A stretch of DNA of 26,992 bases from an uncultured Thermoplasmata archaeon (GCA_964399335.1 CAYNQI010000014.1:1-26992); one strand, 5' to 3'; shown: positions 1 through 9,311, counted from the first letter of the stretch. Program-made: numbers and translations. Notes: generated by a model not told the origin, from the sequence alone.

Positions 1-144
1 GAAGAAGAACCTGAACAGGAAGAAGAGGAAGTTGCTGAAGAAGAACCTGAAGAGGAAGAAGAGGAAGTTGCCGAAGAAGAACCTGAACAGGAAGAAGAGG
101 AAGTTGCTGAAGAAGAACCTGAAGAGGAAGAAGAGAAAGTTGCC
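1..144 (+). repeat. Four 36-bp coding tandem repeats (acidic linker) with a 72-bp higher-order pattern
   Basis: Units are 1-36, 37-72, 73-108 and 109-144. Units 1 and 3 are identical (gaagaagaacctgaacaggaagaagaggaagttgct). Units 2 and 4 are near-identical variants ending gttgcc. Confidence 0.9.
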
Positions 145-546
145 GAAGAAGAACCTGAAGAGGAAGAGATCGTTTGTACTAACTGTGGCACCGAACTTGG
201 ACCCGATGCGGAGATATGTTATGCATGTGGTACGGAAATAGAGGAAGAGGCTGAGGAAGAAGAATCTGAAGAAGAGGAAGAAGAACCTGAAGAGGAAGAG
301 ATCGTTTGTACTAACTGTGGCACCGAACTTGGACCCGATGCGGAGATATGTTATGCATGTGGTACGGAAATAGAGGAAGAGGCTGAGGAAGAAGAATCTG
401 AAGAAGAGGAAGAAGGAAAAGAAGAAATCGAATGTCCAGTGTGTGGAACGGAACTCGGACCTGATGCAGAGATGTGCTACGCTTGCGGTGCAGATATAGA
501 GGAAAAAGAAGAAAAGAAAACTTCCGGTAAAAAAAGAATAGTATAA
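1..546 (+). CDS. 5'-truncated Glu-rich protein with three double zinc ribbon (DZR) repeats
   Basis: Frame 1 is open from base 1 to TAA at 544-546. Translation: (EEEPE[Q/E]EEE[E/K]VA)x4, then IVCTNCGTELGPDAEICYACGTEI twice (169-240, 301-372) and IECPVCGTELGPDAEMCYACGADI (427-498), ending KKTSGKKRIV. 84 of 181 residues are Glu. It is absent from the ORF track because no start codon lies in the window. Confidence 0.9.
   Translation, partial: EEEPEQEEEEVAEEEPEEEEEEVAEEEPEQEEEEVAEEEPEEEEEKVAEEEPEEEEIVCTNCGTELGPDAEICYACGTEIEEEAEEEESEEEEEEPEEEEIVCTNCGTELGPDAEICYACGTEIEEEAEEEESEEEEEGKEEIECPVCGTELGPDAEMCYACGADIEEKEEKKTSGKKRIV
145..415 (+). repeat. Exact 132-bp-period tandem duplication (one DZR plus acidic linker)
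   Basis: 145-283 is identical to 277-415, including all third codon positions. Confidence 0.92.
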
Positions 547-566
547 TTCTTAAAACCTCAGAAAAC

Positions 567-582
567 CTTTTATTTCTTTTTT
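567..582 (+). terminator. Possible oligo-T archaeal terminator after the DZR gene
   Basis: T-rich tract (tttttatttctttttt) about 20 nt after the TAA. Confidence 0.35.
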
Positions 583-612
583 AATTCTATTTTTATAAAC
601 ACGGCGGCCTAA

Positions 613-2766
613 ATGATATCAAATTACCTTATTGTGTCGACGATTAGCACCGAACCAGATGTTAAAAACAACAATCTGAACTCGGATAAAGCTAACATTC
701 TCCTTGGAGAAGGAGATTCACTTTGTGATCAAGGGAGATATGAAGAGGCGATCAAAATATATAACAAAGCACTTGAAATCGAAACTAATGAGGTGATTTT
801 GAATAATAAGGGAGTAGCACTAGATTCGTTAGAACAACATGAAAAAGCTATAAACTCTTATACAGAGGCTATAGAGATCAATACGGAATATTTCACAGGA
901 TGGTACAATTTAGCAAATTCATATAGATATATTGGAGAATATAAAAAGGCTCTTGATGCATACGATAAAGCTATTCGCTTAAAACCAGAAGAAGAAGGTC
1001 CATATTTTGATAAAGCTTATACTTTGATCTCATTGGGGAGGAAACGTAAAGCTATAAAAACAGCAGATAAAGCATTGAAGGTATCTCAAAAAGAAAAAGA
1101 ATTGCTTTTGATTAGAAAAGCAGAGATACTTGAAGAGGTTGGACAATATAAAAAATCATTAAAATTATACGATGAAATTCTCGATAAAGAACCAGATAAT
1201 TTAATAGCCATAAAACGAAAGGGTGATGTCCTTCTGAATATGGGAAATTTTCAAGATGCTATTGATGTTTATGATTCTTATCTTTACTATAACACCGAGG
1301 ATAATGAGATTTGGAACAATAAAGGATATGCGTTGTTCTCTCTAGGCTTTTATGACGAAGCAGAAAATTGTTATAAAAAATCTTTAGAGATCGAAGAAGG
1401 ATATTCTCCAACACTCTATAATCTAGGGTACCTATACCATACTCTTGGCGAATATGAAGATGCTATAGAATATTATAGACGTACTTCTAAATATGATAGT
1501 GAAAATGAAATATTGTGGAACAACCTTGGAAACGCACTTTACAACCTTGGTAAATACGATGAATCTATCCCTTTTTTTGTAAAATCTATAGAGGTAAATC
1601 CAGATTATGCTATCGCATGGAACAATATAGGAAACGCATTAGATAAATTAGGAGATTATGAAAATTCTATCTATTATCACCAGAAGGCATTAGAGATTCA
1701 ACCAGATTTTGATTACGCACTTTACGCGCTAAGTTTACCTTTAGCTAAAACTGGAAAGGCAGAAGAAGGGTTAGAAAAGATTGATCTTGCACTTGATTTA
1801 AATCCCGAATATGAAAAAGCATGGTATACAAAAGCTAAAATATTATGGTTCATGGGCAAAAATGAAGAAGCTTTAGAGGCTCTGGAAGAAGCGATAGATC
1901 TAGACCCCAATTTCGGGAAGGCCTGGGAACTTAGAGGAGATATATTGATAGATTTAAAAAAGTACGATTCATCGATACGGGCCTTTGAAAGGGCTTTGAT
2001 AGGTTATCAACACCATTATAACATGTATGATGATATAAAATACCTTCACGATAAAGGGTCTCTTTTAGGGAGGTTAGAAAGGTATGATGAGGCATACGAA
2101 GTTTTCGATCACATCGTAGAAAGAGATGAAAAAAATCTTTTAGCCATGGTAAAAAAAGTTAAAATGCTTATCGAGGAAGAAAGATACAAGGAATCGATTG
2201 TAGAATCGAATAAATATCTAGAAAAATATGAAGATGAAGATTTATTCTTATTGCGAGGAGAAGGCTTTGAAGGTTTAGAGAACACTGAAAAAGCTTTGAA
2301 ATCATACAGAAAAGCTTTAGAATTAAATGGAAAAAAAGCACGGATAGCTCTAGCTAGACTGTTGGGTGATAACGGGAATATTGAAGAGGCATTAGATGTT
2401 TTAGAATGTGCAAACTGGGAGGAAAAACTTCTAGCAGCTAATCTTTACTTGGAAAAAGAGGATTATGAAAATGCTAAAGAAATTTTCAAAGAAATCGTAA
2501 AGGAGAGAGAAAGAGATATACAAGGTATATATGGTCTTGGGGTTACACTCTATAAACTAGGTGAAAATAAAATAGCATCTAGATTGATGGATAAATGTAT
2601 AGGTATCAATGATGATTTTGAACCTGCATGGCTATTAAAATCAAAAATTTTCAGAGACCAGGGAAAATATAAGAAAGCTCTAGAATACTCAAAGATAGCG
2701 AAGTCTATAGCTGGCGAATACCAAGAAGCCGAGGAACTTATAGCCGATTTAGAAGAAAGGATTTAA
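613..2766 (+). CDS. Tetratricopeptide repeat (TPR) protein, 717 aa
   Basis: Recurrent TPR consensus such as W(Y/N)N(L/K)G..L..LG.Y.EAI..Y.KA(L/I)E(I/L) along almost the whole length. No catalytic domain recognised. Confidence 0.92.
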   Translation: MISNYLIVSTISTEPDVKNNNLNSDKANILLGEGDSLCDQGRYEEAIKIYNKALEIETNEVILNNKGVALDSLEQHEKAINSYTEAIEINTEYFTGWYNLANSYRYIGEYKKALDAYDKAIRLKPEEEGPYFDKAYTLISLGRKRKAIKTADKALKVSQKEKELLLIRKAEILEEVGQYKKSLKLYDEILDKEPDNLIAIKRKGDVLLNMGNFQDAIDVYDSYLYYNTEDNEIWNNKGYALFSLGFYDEAENCYKKSLEIEEGYSPTLYNLGYLYHTLGEYEDAIEYYRRTSKYDSENEILWNNLGNALYNLGKYDESIPFFVKSIEVNPDYAIAWNNIGNALDKLGDYENSIYYHQKALEIQPDFDYALYALSLPLAKTGKAEEGLEKIDLALDLNPEYEKAWYTKAKILWFMGKNEEALEALEEAIDLDPNFGKAWELRGDILIDLKKYDSSIRAFERALIGYQHHYNMYDDIKYLHDKGSLLGRLERYDEAYEVFDHIVERDEKNLLAMVKKVKMLIEEERYKESIVESNKYLEKYEDEDLFLLRGEGFEGLENTEKALKSYRKALELNGKKARIALARLLGDNGNIEEALDVLECANWEEKLLAANLYLEKEDYENAKEIFKEIVKERERDIQGIYGLGVTLYKLGENKIASRLMDKCIGINDDFEPAWLLKSKIFRDQGKYKKALEYSKIAKSIAGEYQEAEELIADLEERI

Positions 2767-2803
2767 CATTACCTAAGTATATAGAGAGTAAAAGGTAGAA
2801 ATC

Positions 2804-3985
2804 ATGGATGTAGGTCTAGTGGGGAAACCTAATGTAGGTAAGAGCACCTTTTTCAACGCTGCTACAAGAGCAGATGTTGAGATGGCATCTTATCCTTTTA
2901 CGACGATAGATGCCAATAAAGGTGTTGGTTATGTAAGAGCACCCTGTCCACATGAAGAATTAGAATTGGAATGTACTCCAAATAATGCTCCATGCATTGA
3001 TGGTATCAGGATGATACCTGTAAATATTATAGATGTAGCTGGTTTAGTACCTGAGGCACATTCTGGAAAAGGACTCGGTAACAAGTTTTTGGACGATTTA
3101 AGACAAGCATCAACTTTGATCCATATCGTTGACGCCAGCGGCAGCACGAATGAAAAGGGGGAACCTTGTAAAGTGGGAGAACACGACCCAGTTGAAGATG
3201 TTGAATTTCTGGATAAAGAAATCGATCATTGGATAAAAGGCATTCTAGAAAAAAACTGGCAGAAGGTATCTAGGAGATTAGAAGTTACCGGGGGTAAACT
3301 TGAAAAAGTGATTTTCAAACAATTATCTGGTTTAGGTGTCAAGGAAGGGAATGTGATAAAGGCATTGAACGAATCTAAAATGCCGGAGAATGTAAGGGCT
3401 TGGGATGAGGAGGATTTTTTCAGATTAGCATCTAATTTGAGAAAAATGACTAAACCTATGATGATCGCAGCAAATAAATCCGATATGGCTCCGGAAGAAA
3501 ATATTGAGGACCTTAGAGAACTCGATTATATGACCCAGCCTAGCTCTGCAGAGTTTGAGTTAGCTCTTCGAAAAGCTTCTGAGAAAGAACTTATCGATTA
3601 TAGGCCCGGAGACGAAAATTTCGAGATTTTAGATAAAAACATGTCTAATGCTCAGATAGAGGCTCTCGATAAGATCAAGAAATTCATGGGTGAAAACGGC
3701 GGATTAGGCGTCCAGCAGTGTCTTGAGAAGGCTGTTTACGAACTCTTAGATATGATAGTCGTGTATCCCGTTGAGAATGAACATAATTTTACTGATAAAA
3801 AAGGTAGAGTACTTCCAGATGCGTACTTGGTTAAAGATGGAAGCACTGCAGAGGACTTAGCTTTTGAAGTTCACTCTGACATTGGGGAGGGGTTTATAAG
3901 GGCTATAGATGCCCGTACCGATAGAGTTATAGGTCGGGACCATGAATTGAATAATGGAGATATCATAAAGATCGTCTCGAAGTGA
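2804..3985 (+). CDS. ychF: Archaeal YchF/Obg-family translation-associated GTPase with C-terminal TGS domain
   Basis: G1 GKPNVGKSTFFN, G2 YPFTT, G3 DVAG, G4 NKSD. Cys-containing insert CPHEELELECTPNNAPC typical of the archaeal subfamily. TGS-like end (GSTAEDLAFEVHSDIGEGFIRAID...DIIKIV). Confidence 0.92.
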   Translation: MDVGLVGKPNVGKSTFFNAATRADVEMASYPFTTIDANKGVGYVRAPCPHEELELECTPNNAPCIDGIRMIPVNIIDVAGLVPEAHSGKGLGNKFLDDLRQASTLIHIVDASGSTNEKGEPCKVGEHDPVEDVEFLDKEIDHWIKGILEKNWQKVSRRLEVTGGKLEKVIFKQLSGLGVKEGNVIKALNESKMPENVRAWDEEDFFRLASNLRKMTKPMMIAANKSDMAPEENIEDLRELDYMTQPSSAEFELALRKASEKELIDYRPGDENFEILDKNMSNAQIEALDKIKKFMGENGGLGVQQCLEKAVYELLDMIVVYPVENEHNFTDKKGRVLPDAYLVKDGSTAEDLAFEVHSDIGEGFIRAIDARTDRVIGRDHELNNGDIIKIVSK

Positions 3986-3995
3986 TCGTGATAAG

Positions 3996-6389
3996 GTGAG
4001 AAGAAAGGTAAGGATATTATCTGGGTCTTACAGTTCCCAGGATGATGGAGTTGTTATCGAACTCTTTGGGAGAACTGAACAGGGAGAGTCTATTACGTTA
4101 TTGTATGATGATTTTAGACCTTATTTTTATCTAGTTAATCCGTCAAATGAGATCGTTAAAGAATTGGATAGGGATGAAGAGATAATCCGGTTAGAGGATG
4201 AAGAACTTTGGGTAGATGGTGGTAAAGGACCTTGCAAAAAGGTCATCCTAAGGTATCCGTTCAAAGTCCCTGGTTACAGGAAAAAATACAAGAGCCAGTG
4301 TAAAGTTTTAGCTGCGGATATCCCATACATTCAAAGGTTCATATACGATATGGACTTGAGTTCTACAATTATCATCGAGGGAAAGAAAATCCATGATAAA
4401 AAATACACAACTGAACTTGTAGTTGATGTTAAAGAGTTCCAGGAAGCAGACCCTCTAAAATTAGATCTTAAAATACTCAGTTTTGATATCGAAAATAGTC
4501 TAGAAGATAATCGAATATTCACGATTTGCTGTGTTGTAGACTATAAAGGGAAAAGAAAAAAAGAAAGTTTTCACGGGGATGAGAAGAAGATAATAGAAGA
4601 CTTTTGTGATTATGTAAATTCAGTCGATCCAGATGTTATAACGGGCTACAATATTAATGGATATGATTTACCCTTACTAGATAATCGAGCCCAGGAAAAA
4701 GGAATCGAGAGTTTAAAGATAGGTAGAGATGGAGGGAGTCTAAATAAAGTGGGAAACAGATTTTGGAAGGTCACTGGGCGGATTGTGGCCGACGCGTGGT
4801 GGAGTGTTCGTACTGAGATGAACCTAAAAAGAGAAACCCTTGACCATGTATCGAAAGAGTTGTTGGGTAGGAAAAAAGATGATGTTGATCCTAAAAAGAT
4901 AGATGAGGAATGGGAGAAAAATCAGGAAAAAGTTATCGAGTACTGTACTCTTGACGCAGAGTTGGCATTAGAGATTTTACTGGAGCTAGAAATATTAGAT
5001 AAAGCTATGGATATGGCCACTGTATCCAAACTTCCTGTAGATGAAGGATTAAATGGAAGAACCTCAACTCTTGTAGATTCTATATTGATCAGGGAGGCGG
5101 ATGAAAGAAATATCGGAGTACCACTCACGAGTCATACTGGAAAAAGCAGTAAGATAAAGGGAGGATATGTCCACTCTATAGAACCTGGATTATATCATTG
5201 GGTAAGTGTACTGGATTTCAAAAGCATGTATCCGAGTATAATAATGGAAAATAACATCTGTTTTACGACTCTATCTGATCAAGGGTCCATTGAAAGTCCC
5301 ACCGGTGCAAAATTCCTGGCACCAGAGCAGAAGGAAGGGATACTTCCTGAGATTTTAAAAGATCTCATGGAAGAGAGAGACCTAGTTAAAAATAAGATGA
5401 GAGAGGCAGATAAGAAAAAGGAAAAAGAGTATTACAGCGGATTACAGGCTGCAATAAAAGTCCTCATGAATTCATTCTATGGGGTTTTCGCTTCTTCATT
5501 TTATAGATTTACAGATAAGAGGATCGGTGAAAGTATTACAGCATTCGCCAGGAAGAATATCAAAGAGCTGATCGAAGAGTTGGAGGATGACGATCTGAAG
5601 GTTATATACTCAGATACGGATAGCGTATTTTTTAGATCCCCAAAAGAGAATCTCGAAGATACTATCAAAATAAGTCGTAAGATCGCTGAAGATTACAGTA
5701 GAGGTGCGATCATACTTGAATTTGAAAAGGTTCTGAATCCTTTCTTCAGCCACGGAATGAAAAAAAGGTACGTTGGAAGAGTTATCTGGCCGGAGGAAGA
5801 TATGCTAGTTAGAGGATACGAGTTAAGGAGAAGTGATTCTTTTGAAGCTCAGAATAAAGCCCTAGAGGACGTTTTCCATCACATATTAGATGATGATATA
5901 GATGGAGCTATCGATACTGCAAAAGAGTGGATAGAGAAAACCAAAAACAGTGATGTAGATCCTGAAGAACTGGTTATATCTAGAACTTGTAAAAACTACA
6001 GCTATTACAAAAACCCCGAGAGTATGCCAAATGTCCAGGCAGCTAGGAAGATGGAAGAAAAAGGTTACGAATTCACGCCAGGCATGAAGGTATCCTGGAT
6101 AGTAACTGATGCTAGTAGATCGCCGCAGGAAGTCGAACCCTGGTTACCAGATATTGAACTCGATGGGGAGCCCGACTGTAAATATTACGCTAGGAGGATC
6201 GCTAAAACCCTAGCCAGAGTTACCGATGTATTTGGCTGGGATGAAAAGGGCTTACTAGCAGGAAATAAGCAGTCTGATCTTTTTTCGAATCAGTTTAAAA
6301 ACTACGAGGAAGAAACAAAAACTAAAGATGATAGTGTAGAAAGAAAATCTAAAAATAAAGAAAGCATGTCATTGGAAGATTTTATGTGA
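3996..6389 (+). CDS. polB: Family B DNA polymerase (cellular, PolB3-like), no intein
   Basis: Exonuclease motifs SFDIEN, GYNINGYD and YCTLDA. Polymerase motifs DFKSMYPSI, KVLMNSFYG and YSDTDS. Uracil-pocket-type N-terminal motifs FRPYFY, VPGYR and DIPY. GTG start. Confidence 0.96.
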   Translation: MRRKVRILSGSYSSQDDGVVIELFGRTEQGESITLLYDDFRPYFYLVNPSNEIVKELDRDEEIIRLEDEELWVDGGKGPCKKVILRYPFKVPGYRKKYKSQCKVLAADIPYIQRFIYDMDLSSTIIIEGKKIHDKKYTTELVVDVKEFQEADPLKLDLKILSFDIENSLEDNRIFTICCVVDYKGKRKKESFHGDEKKIIEDFCDYVNSVDPDVITGYNINGYDLPLLDNRAQEKGIESLKIGRDGGSLNKVGNRFWKVTGRIVADAWWSVRTEMNLKRETLDHVSKELLGRKKDDVDPKKIDEEWEKNQEKVIEYCTLDAELALEILLELEILDKAMDMATVSKLPVDEGLNGRTSTLVDSILIREADERNIGVPLTSHTGKSSKIKGGYVHSIEPGLYHWVSVLDFKSMYPSIIMENNICFTTLSDQGSIESPTGAKFLAPEQKEGILPEILKDLMEERDLVKNKMREADKKKEKEYYSGLQAAIKVLMNSFYGVFASSFYRFTDKRIGESITAFARKNIKELIEELEDDDLKVIYSDTDSVFFRSPKENLEDTIKISRKIAEDYSRGAIILEFEKVLNPFFSHGMKKRYVGRVIWPEEDMLVRGYELRRSDSFEAQNKALEDVFHHILDDDIDGAIDTAKEWIEKTKNSDVDPEELVISRTCKNYSYYKNPESMPNVQAARKMEEKGYEFTPGMKVSWIVTDASRSPQEVEPWLPDIELDGEPDCKYYARRIAKTLARVTDVFGWDEKGLLAGNKQSDLFSNQFKNYEEETKTKDDSVERKSKNKESMSLEDFM

Positions 6390-6414
6390 ACCCTCGTTAA
6401 CTTTGCTCTTTGAC

Positions 6415-6432
6415 CAAAAAGGTTTTTTAAAT
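6415..6432 (+). promoter_or_regulatory. BRE/TATA-like promoter for the surface-protein gene
   Basis: Purine-rich caaaaagg followed by TTTTTTAAAT (6423-6432), centred about 25 nt before ATG 6453, consistent with a leaderless archaeal transcript. Confidence 0.5.
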
Positions 6433-6452
6433 CAACTATAGTATTGACTTTT

Positions 6453-8504
6453 ATGTTTACTTGTAGGTATGTAAAAGACACTTTAATTGCGGTCTTTGTA
6501 GTATCAATTATCGTTTTAACTTCGTTTAGTTTCCTGGCAGAAGTTTCTACATCTCAAACAGCTACTGAAACTGGTCTTGACATCGAATTGGATAGTCCGA
6601 TTGAGGGAGATGTCTGGACGGGAGGTAGTGAGCAGAATATTACTTTCACCTTGAACACGACCCTCGACCTTTCTGAGATCGAGGTTACGATGGAATATGT
6701 TTTTGAAGGTGAGGGACCTTTTGTTATAGAAAGATACGAAAAGGGCGATTTGACAAATTATTCAACAAATCATACATGGATTGTTCCTGAGATAGATTCC
6801 GACGAAGTATATTTTATAATCCGTGCTGAAGGAAACGGTTATAGGAAGTGGGAGATGGTTTCGATTGTTATCGATTCTACCCCTCCTGAATTTCTTTACT
6901 CAGAACCTGAGGACGGCGGTGTCTTACTGAGTGATTCATCTATCCAAATTGTTTTCAGTGAAGAGATCTGTCTAGAAGATTTCAGAAAAAACTTTACGCT
7001 ATATAAAGAGGAGATTGAAATTCAAGGATCTGTTTCTGGTAATTCGGAAAACGATAACTATTCTGTAGAATTCAGTACACTTGGAGAGTTAACTCCAAGC
7101 CCTGACTATTATTTTGAATTATCTGGTACAATAAACGATACTAGTGACCCAGGCAATTCATTTGATATAGATATTAGAATAGATTTTACTGTTAAAAGAG
7201 GTCCCCCTATTGTAGATGTTTCCACCGCTATAGAACACCAGATACGTGTAGGAAACACTACAGATATCAACTGGACTATAGATCAAGATGGATTAGCCGA
7301 GGAGCCTATCGATATATCATATTCGCTTGACGGGGGCAGTACTTGGACTACTATAGCCAGTGGAATCGATGACGAAGGGACTTATCACTGGGAGGTATTA
7401 AAAGAACCTTTCATCGAATATCCAGTTACAAATGTAATCGTTAATGTTTCCTGTGAAAACGAATACGGCTTTATCGGTTATGGACATTCAAGTAGTTTCA
7501 CGATCTATGAGAACTTAAAACCGCATGTTGAGATCGAAAGACCCTATGAAGGACTTGTTCTGGTAAAAGGACAAGAAACCGAGATCAGATGGAACGCTAC
7601 CGATGATGTATCTCTTCCAGAGGAACCAATCACTATATCTCTCTCTATCGATGGAGGGGATAGTTGGAGAGTCTTGAGTTATGATTTAAAGAATACTGGG
7701 ATTTATGTTTGGACCATCGATGACTATGCTGAAAGGGCGATAATAAACGTGAGCTGCACGGATAGTGATGGCGCTACAACTTGGGCCCATTCTCCTGAAT
7801 TTACGATACTTGATGAGAATCCCCTGGATTTAGCTTTGGATCCCGTAAAAGAAACTTACTATACTAGAGAACAGATAACAATCGATTGGACAGCACCTCC
7901 CATGGTAGAAGACTATCAGTTAATGAGAGTCAGTTTTAGTAATGATGGAGATAGCTGGTCTATCATGACCGAAGTCGAACCAGGTGAAGAATCTGCGACT
8001 ATAAGGTTCCCCTTTGCCATGTCTTACAATAGTAGGATCATGCTAGAGGTTGTCGATGAGACCGGAGTGATCTACTCTGTAAAGAGTGAGGAATTCGAGG
8101 TGTTTCCAGAAGTCCGAGATATAATCCATACCAGCATGGGTGAATCAACATTTGTCCATATCTCATTTGGAAGTTATGTAAGTCGAGGAATGATGGAAGA
8201 TTGTTTGTTTTTGTATAAGAACGGAGAAAAAATCGATATTTCAAGGAACGAAATATATGCCATGTCCGGTTCAGATATAATTCTTTTAAAGGAGGATCTT
8301 CCTGAGGGATATTACACCCTAGAGTTGAATTCTTCAGATTCGAACGTTGAGTTCAACGATAGGATCATATTTACGTTTGAAGTAGGTGAACGAGAAGAAA
8401 AGGGATATGTAACTTACTGGCCTATTTTTCTACTTGTCCCTGTAGTTGCCTTTATACTATTCACCTATAAAAGAAAGATAAAACCTAAAAAATACAAAGC
8501 ATAA
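6453..8504 (+). CDS. Membrane-anchored cell-surface protein with several Ig-like modules
   Basis: N-terminal hydrophobic signal (LIAVFVVSIIVLTSFSFLA). Big_5-like segment (DSTPPEFLYSEPEDG...IQIVFSEEI). Repeated modules with S.DGG.(T/S)W motifs. C-terminal TM (WPIFLLVPVVAFILFTY) and basic tail. ATG 6453 is preferred over TTG 6444 because of promoter spacing. Confidence 0.8.
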   Translation: MFTCRYVKDTLIAVFVVSIIVLTSFSFLAEVSTSQTATETGLDIELDSPIEGDVWTGGSEQNITFTLNTTLDLSEIEVTMEYVFEGEGPFVIERYEKGDLTNYSTNHTWIVPEIDSDEVYFIIRAEGNGYRKWEMVSIVIDSTPPEFLYSEPEDGGVLLSDSSIQIVFSEEICLEDFRKNFTLYKEEIEIQGSVSGNSENDNYSVEFSTLGELTPSPDYYFELSGTINDTSDPGNSFDIDIRIDFTVKRGPPIVDVSTAIEHQIRVGNTTDINWTIDQDGLAEEPIDISYSLDGGSTWTTIASGIDDEGTYHWEVLKEPFIEYPVTNVIVNVSCENEYGFIGYGHSSSFTIYENLKPHVEIERPYEGLVLVKGQETEIRWNATDDVSLPEEPITISLSIDGGDSWRVLSYDLKNTGIYVWTIDDYAERAIINVSCTDSDGATTWAHSPEFTILDENPLDLALDPVKETYYTREQITIDWTAPPMVEDYQLMRVSFSNDGDSWSIMTEVEPGEESATIRFPFAMSYNSRIMLEVVDETGVIYSVKSEEFEVFPEVRDIIHTSMGESTFVHISFGSYVSRGMMEDCLFLYKNGEKIDISRNEIYAMSGSDIILLKEDLPEGYYTLELNSSDSNVEFNDRIIFTFEVGEREEKGYVTYWPIFLLVPVVAFILFTYKRKIKPKKYKA

Positions 8505-8514
8505 TATGGATTTA

Positions 8515-9294
8515 TTAGTGTTTTTCTGCAACTACGATCCAAGTCTTAGAATACTCATCCGGAAGATAGGGTGAAAAATTACTGCCCTCTATATGTCTAA
8601 TTTCGTCGAATCCAGCATCTTTAAGGATAGTTTCTATCTCGATTTCCGGGAAGAGTCTAAGAATTATCTCATATTCTCCTTCCTTTACCTCACCATTTTC
8701 TTCATAGTGAAACTCTTCTATTATCTCAAGAATTTTCTTTTCTTCATGATAGCTGATTTTATTTCTCCTCCATATAGTCTGGTTTTCAGGAGGTTTTCTT
8801 ATTGGATTGTGTTTCCTATCCTGCTTTTTGAAATCCTCTTCAGGAGGGACGTAAAGCTCGATGGCAAGAGCTCCACCTGGTTTCAAATGAGCATAAGTTT
8901 TGGCTAGTAATGAGCCGATCTCATCCCTTTCAACAAAATGGTGAAAATCACCGGTCGATACAAAAACAAAATCGAATCTTCTATTCAAACTAAAATGTCT
9001 AGCATCATCTTGAACAATATCAATATTCTTTAAGTTTTTATTTTTTATACGTTCTTTAGCTAGGTATATCATAGCTTCTGTGAAATCAAGACCCGTGACT
9101 TCAAAATCCCTTTCAGCTAATCCTATAGTCAGTTCTCCAGTCCCACACATAAGATGTAATATTTCTTTTCCATAATCTGAAGCTATATCAGCCCATATCT
9201 CTATTTCATCTTCTCTATCGGGGAAAAAATAATCGATAGTGTCTGCTCTAAGGGCATAAATCTCTTTCATATCCGCTGGCCTTGAACGTTTCAT
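8515..9294 (-). CDS. Class I SAM-dependent methyltransferase
   Basis: Motif I variant ILHLMCGTG, then VTGLDFTEAMI, QDDARHF, FDFVFV and HLKPGGAL. Confidence 0.88.
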   Translation of the reverse strand: MKRSRPADMKEIYALRADTIDYFFPDREDEIEIWADIASDYGKEILHLMCGTGELTIGLAERDFEVTGLDFTEAMIYLAKERIKNKNLKNIDIVQDDARHFSLNRRFDFVFVSTGDFHHFVERDEIGSLLAKTYAHLKPGGALAIELYVPPEEDFKKQDRKHNPIRKPPENQTIWRRNKISYHEEKKILEIIEEFHYEENGEVKEGEYEIILRLFPEIEIETILKDAGFDEIRHIEGSNFSPYLPDEYSKTWIVVAEKH

Positions 9295-9311
9295 GGCTAA
9301 GAAAAAAATTC

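Noticed and set aside
32-241. Lys/Arg-rich 69-aa ORF in the ORF track
   Set aside because: It is a shadow frame of the GAA-rich repeats; frame 1 encodes the coherent DZR protein.
1-415. Repeats as a possible CRISPR array
   Set aside because: Units are contiguous, in-frame multiples of 3 with no unique spacers, and no cas genes are present.
601-2820. CTAG is not depleted (12 sites counted by eye in about 2.2 kb)
   Set aside because: The sample is small and the count is largely explained by Leu(CTA)-Glu/Asp or Ser/Ala-Arg codon junctions; a genome-wide count is needed.
3996-5640. PolB substitutions (YSDTDS instead of YGDTDS; Ala at the Tgo E111-equivalent position)
   Set aside because: All catalytic acidic residues and most pocket residues are intact; this is within normal variation, so inactivation is not supported.
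3996-6389. PolB as a casposon, viral or plasmid polymerase
   Set aside because: It has the cellular archaeal N-terminal uracil-pocket motifs and a clamp-type tail; no Cas1, integrase, capsid gene or terminal inverted repeats were seen; neighbours are housekeeping genes.
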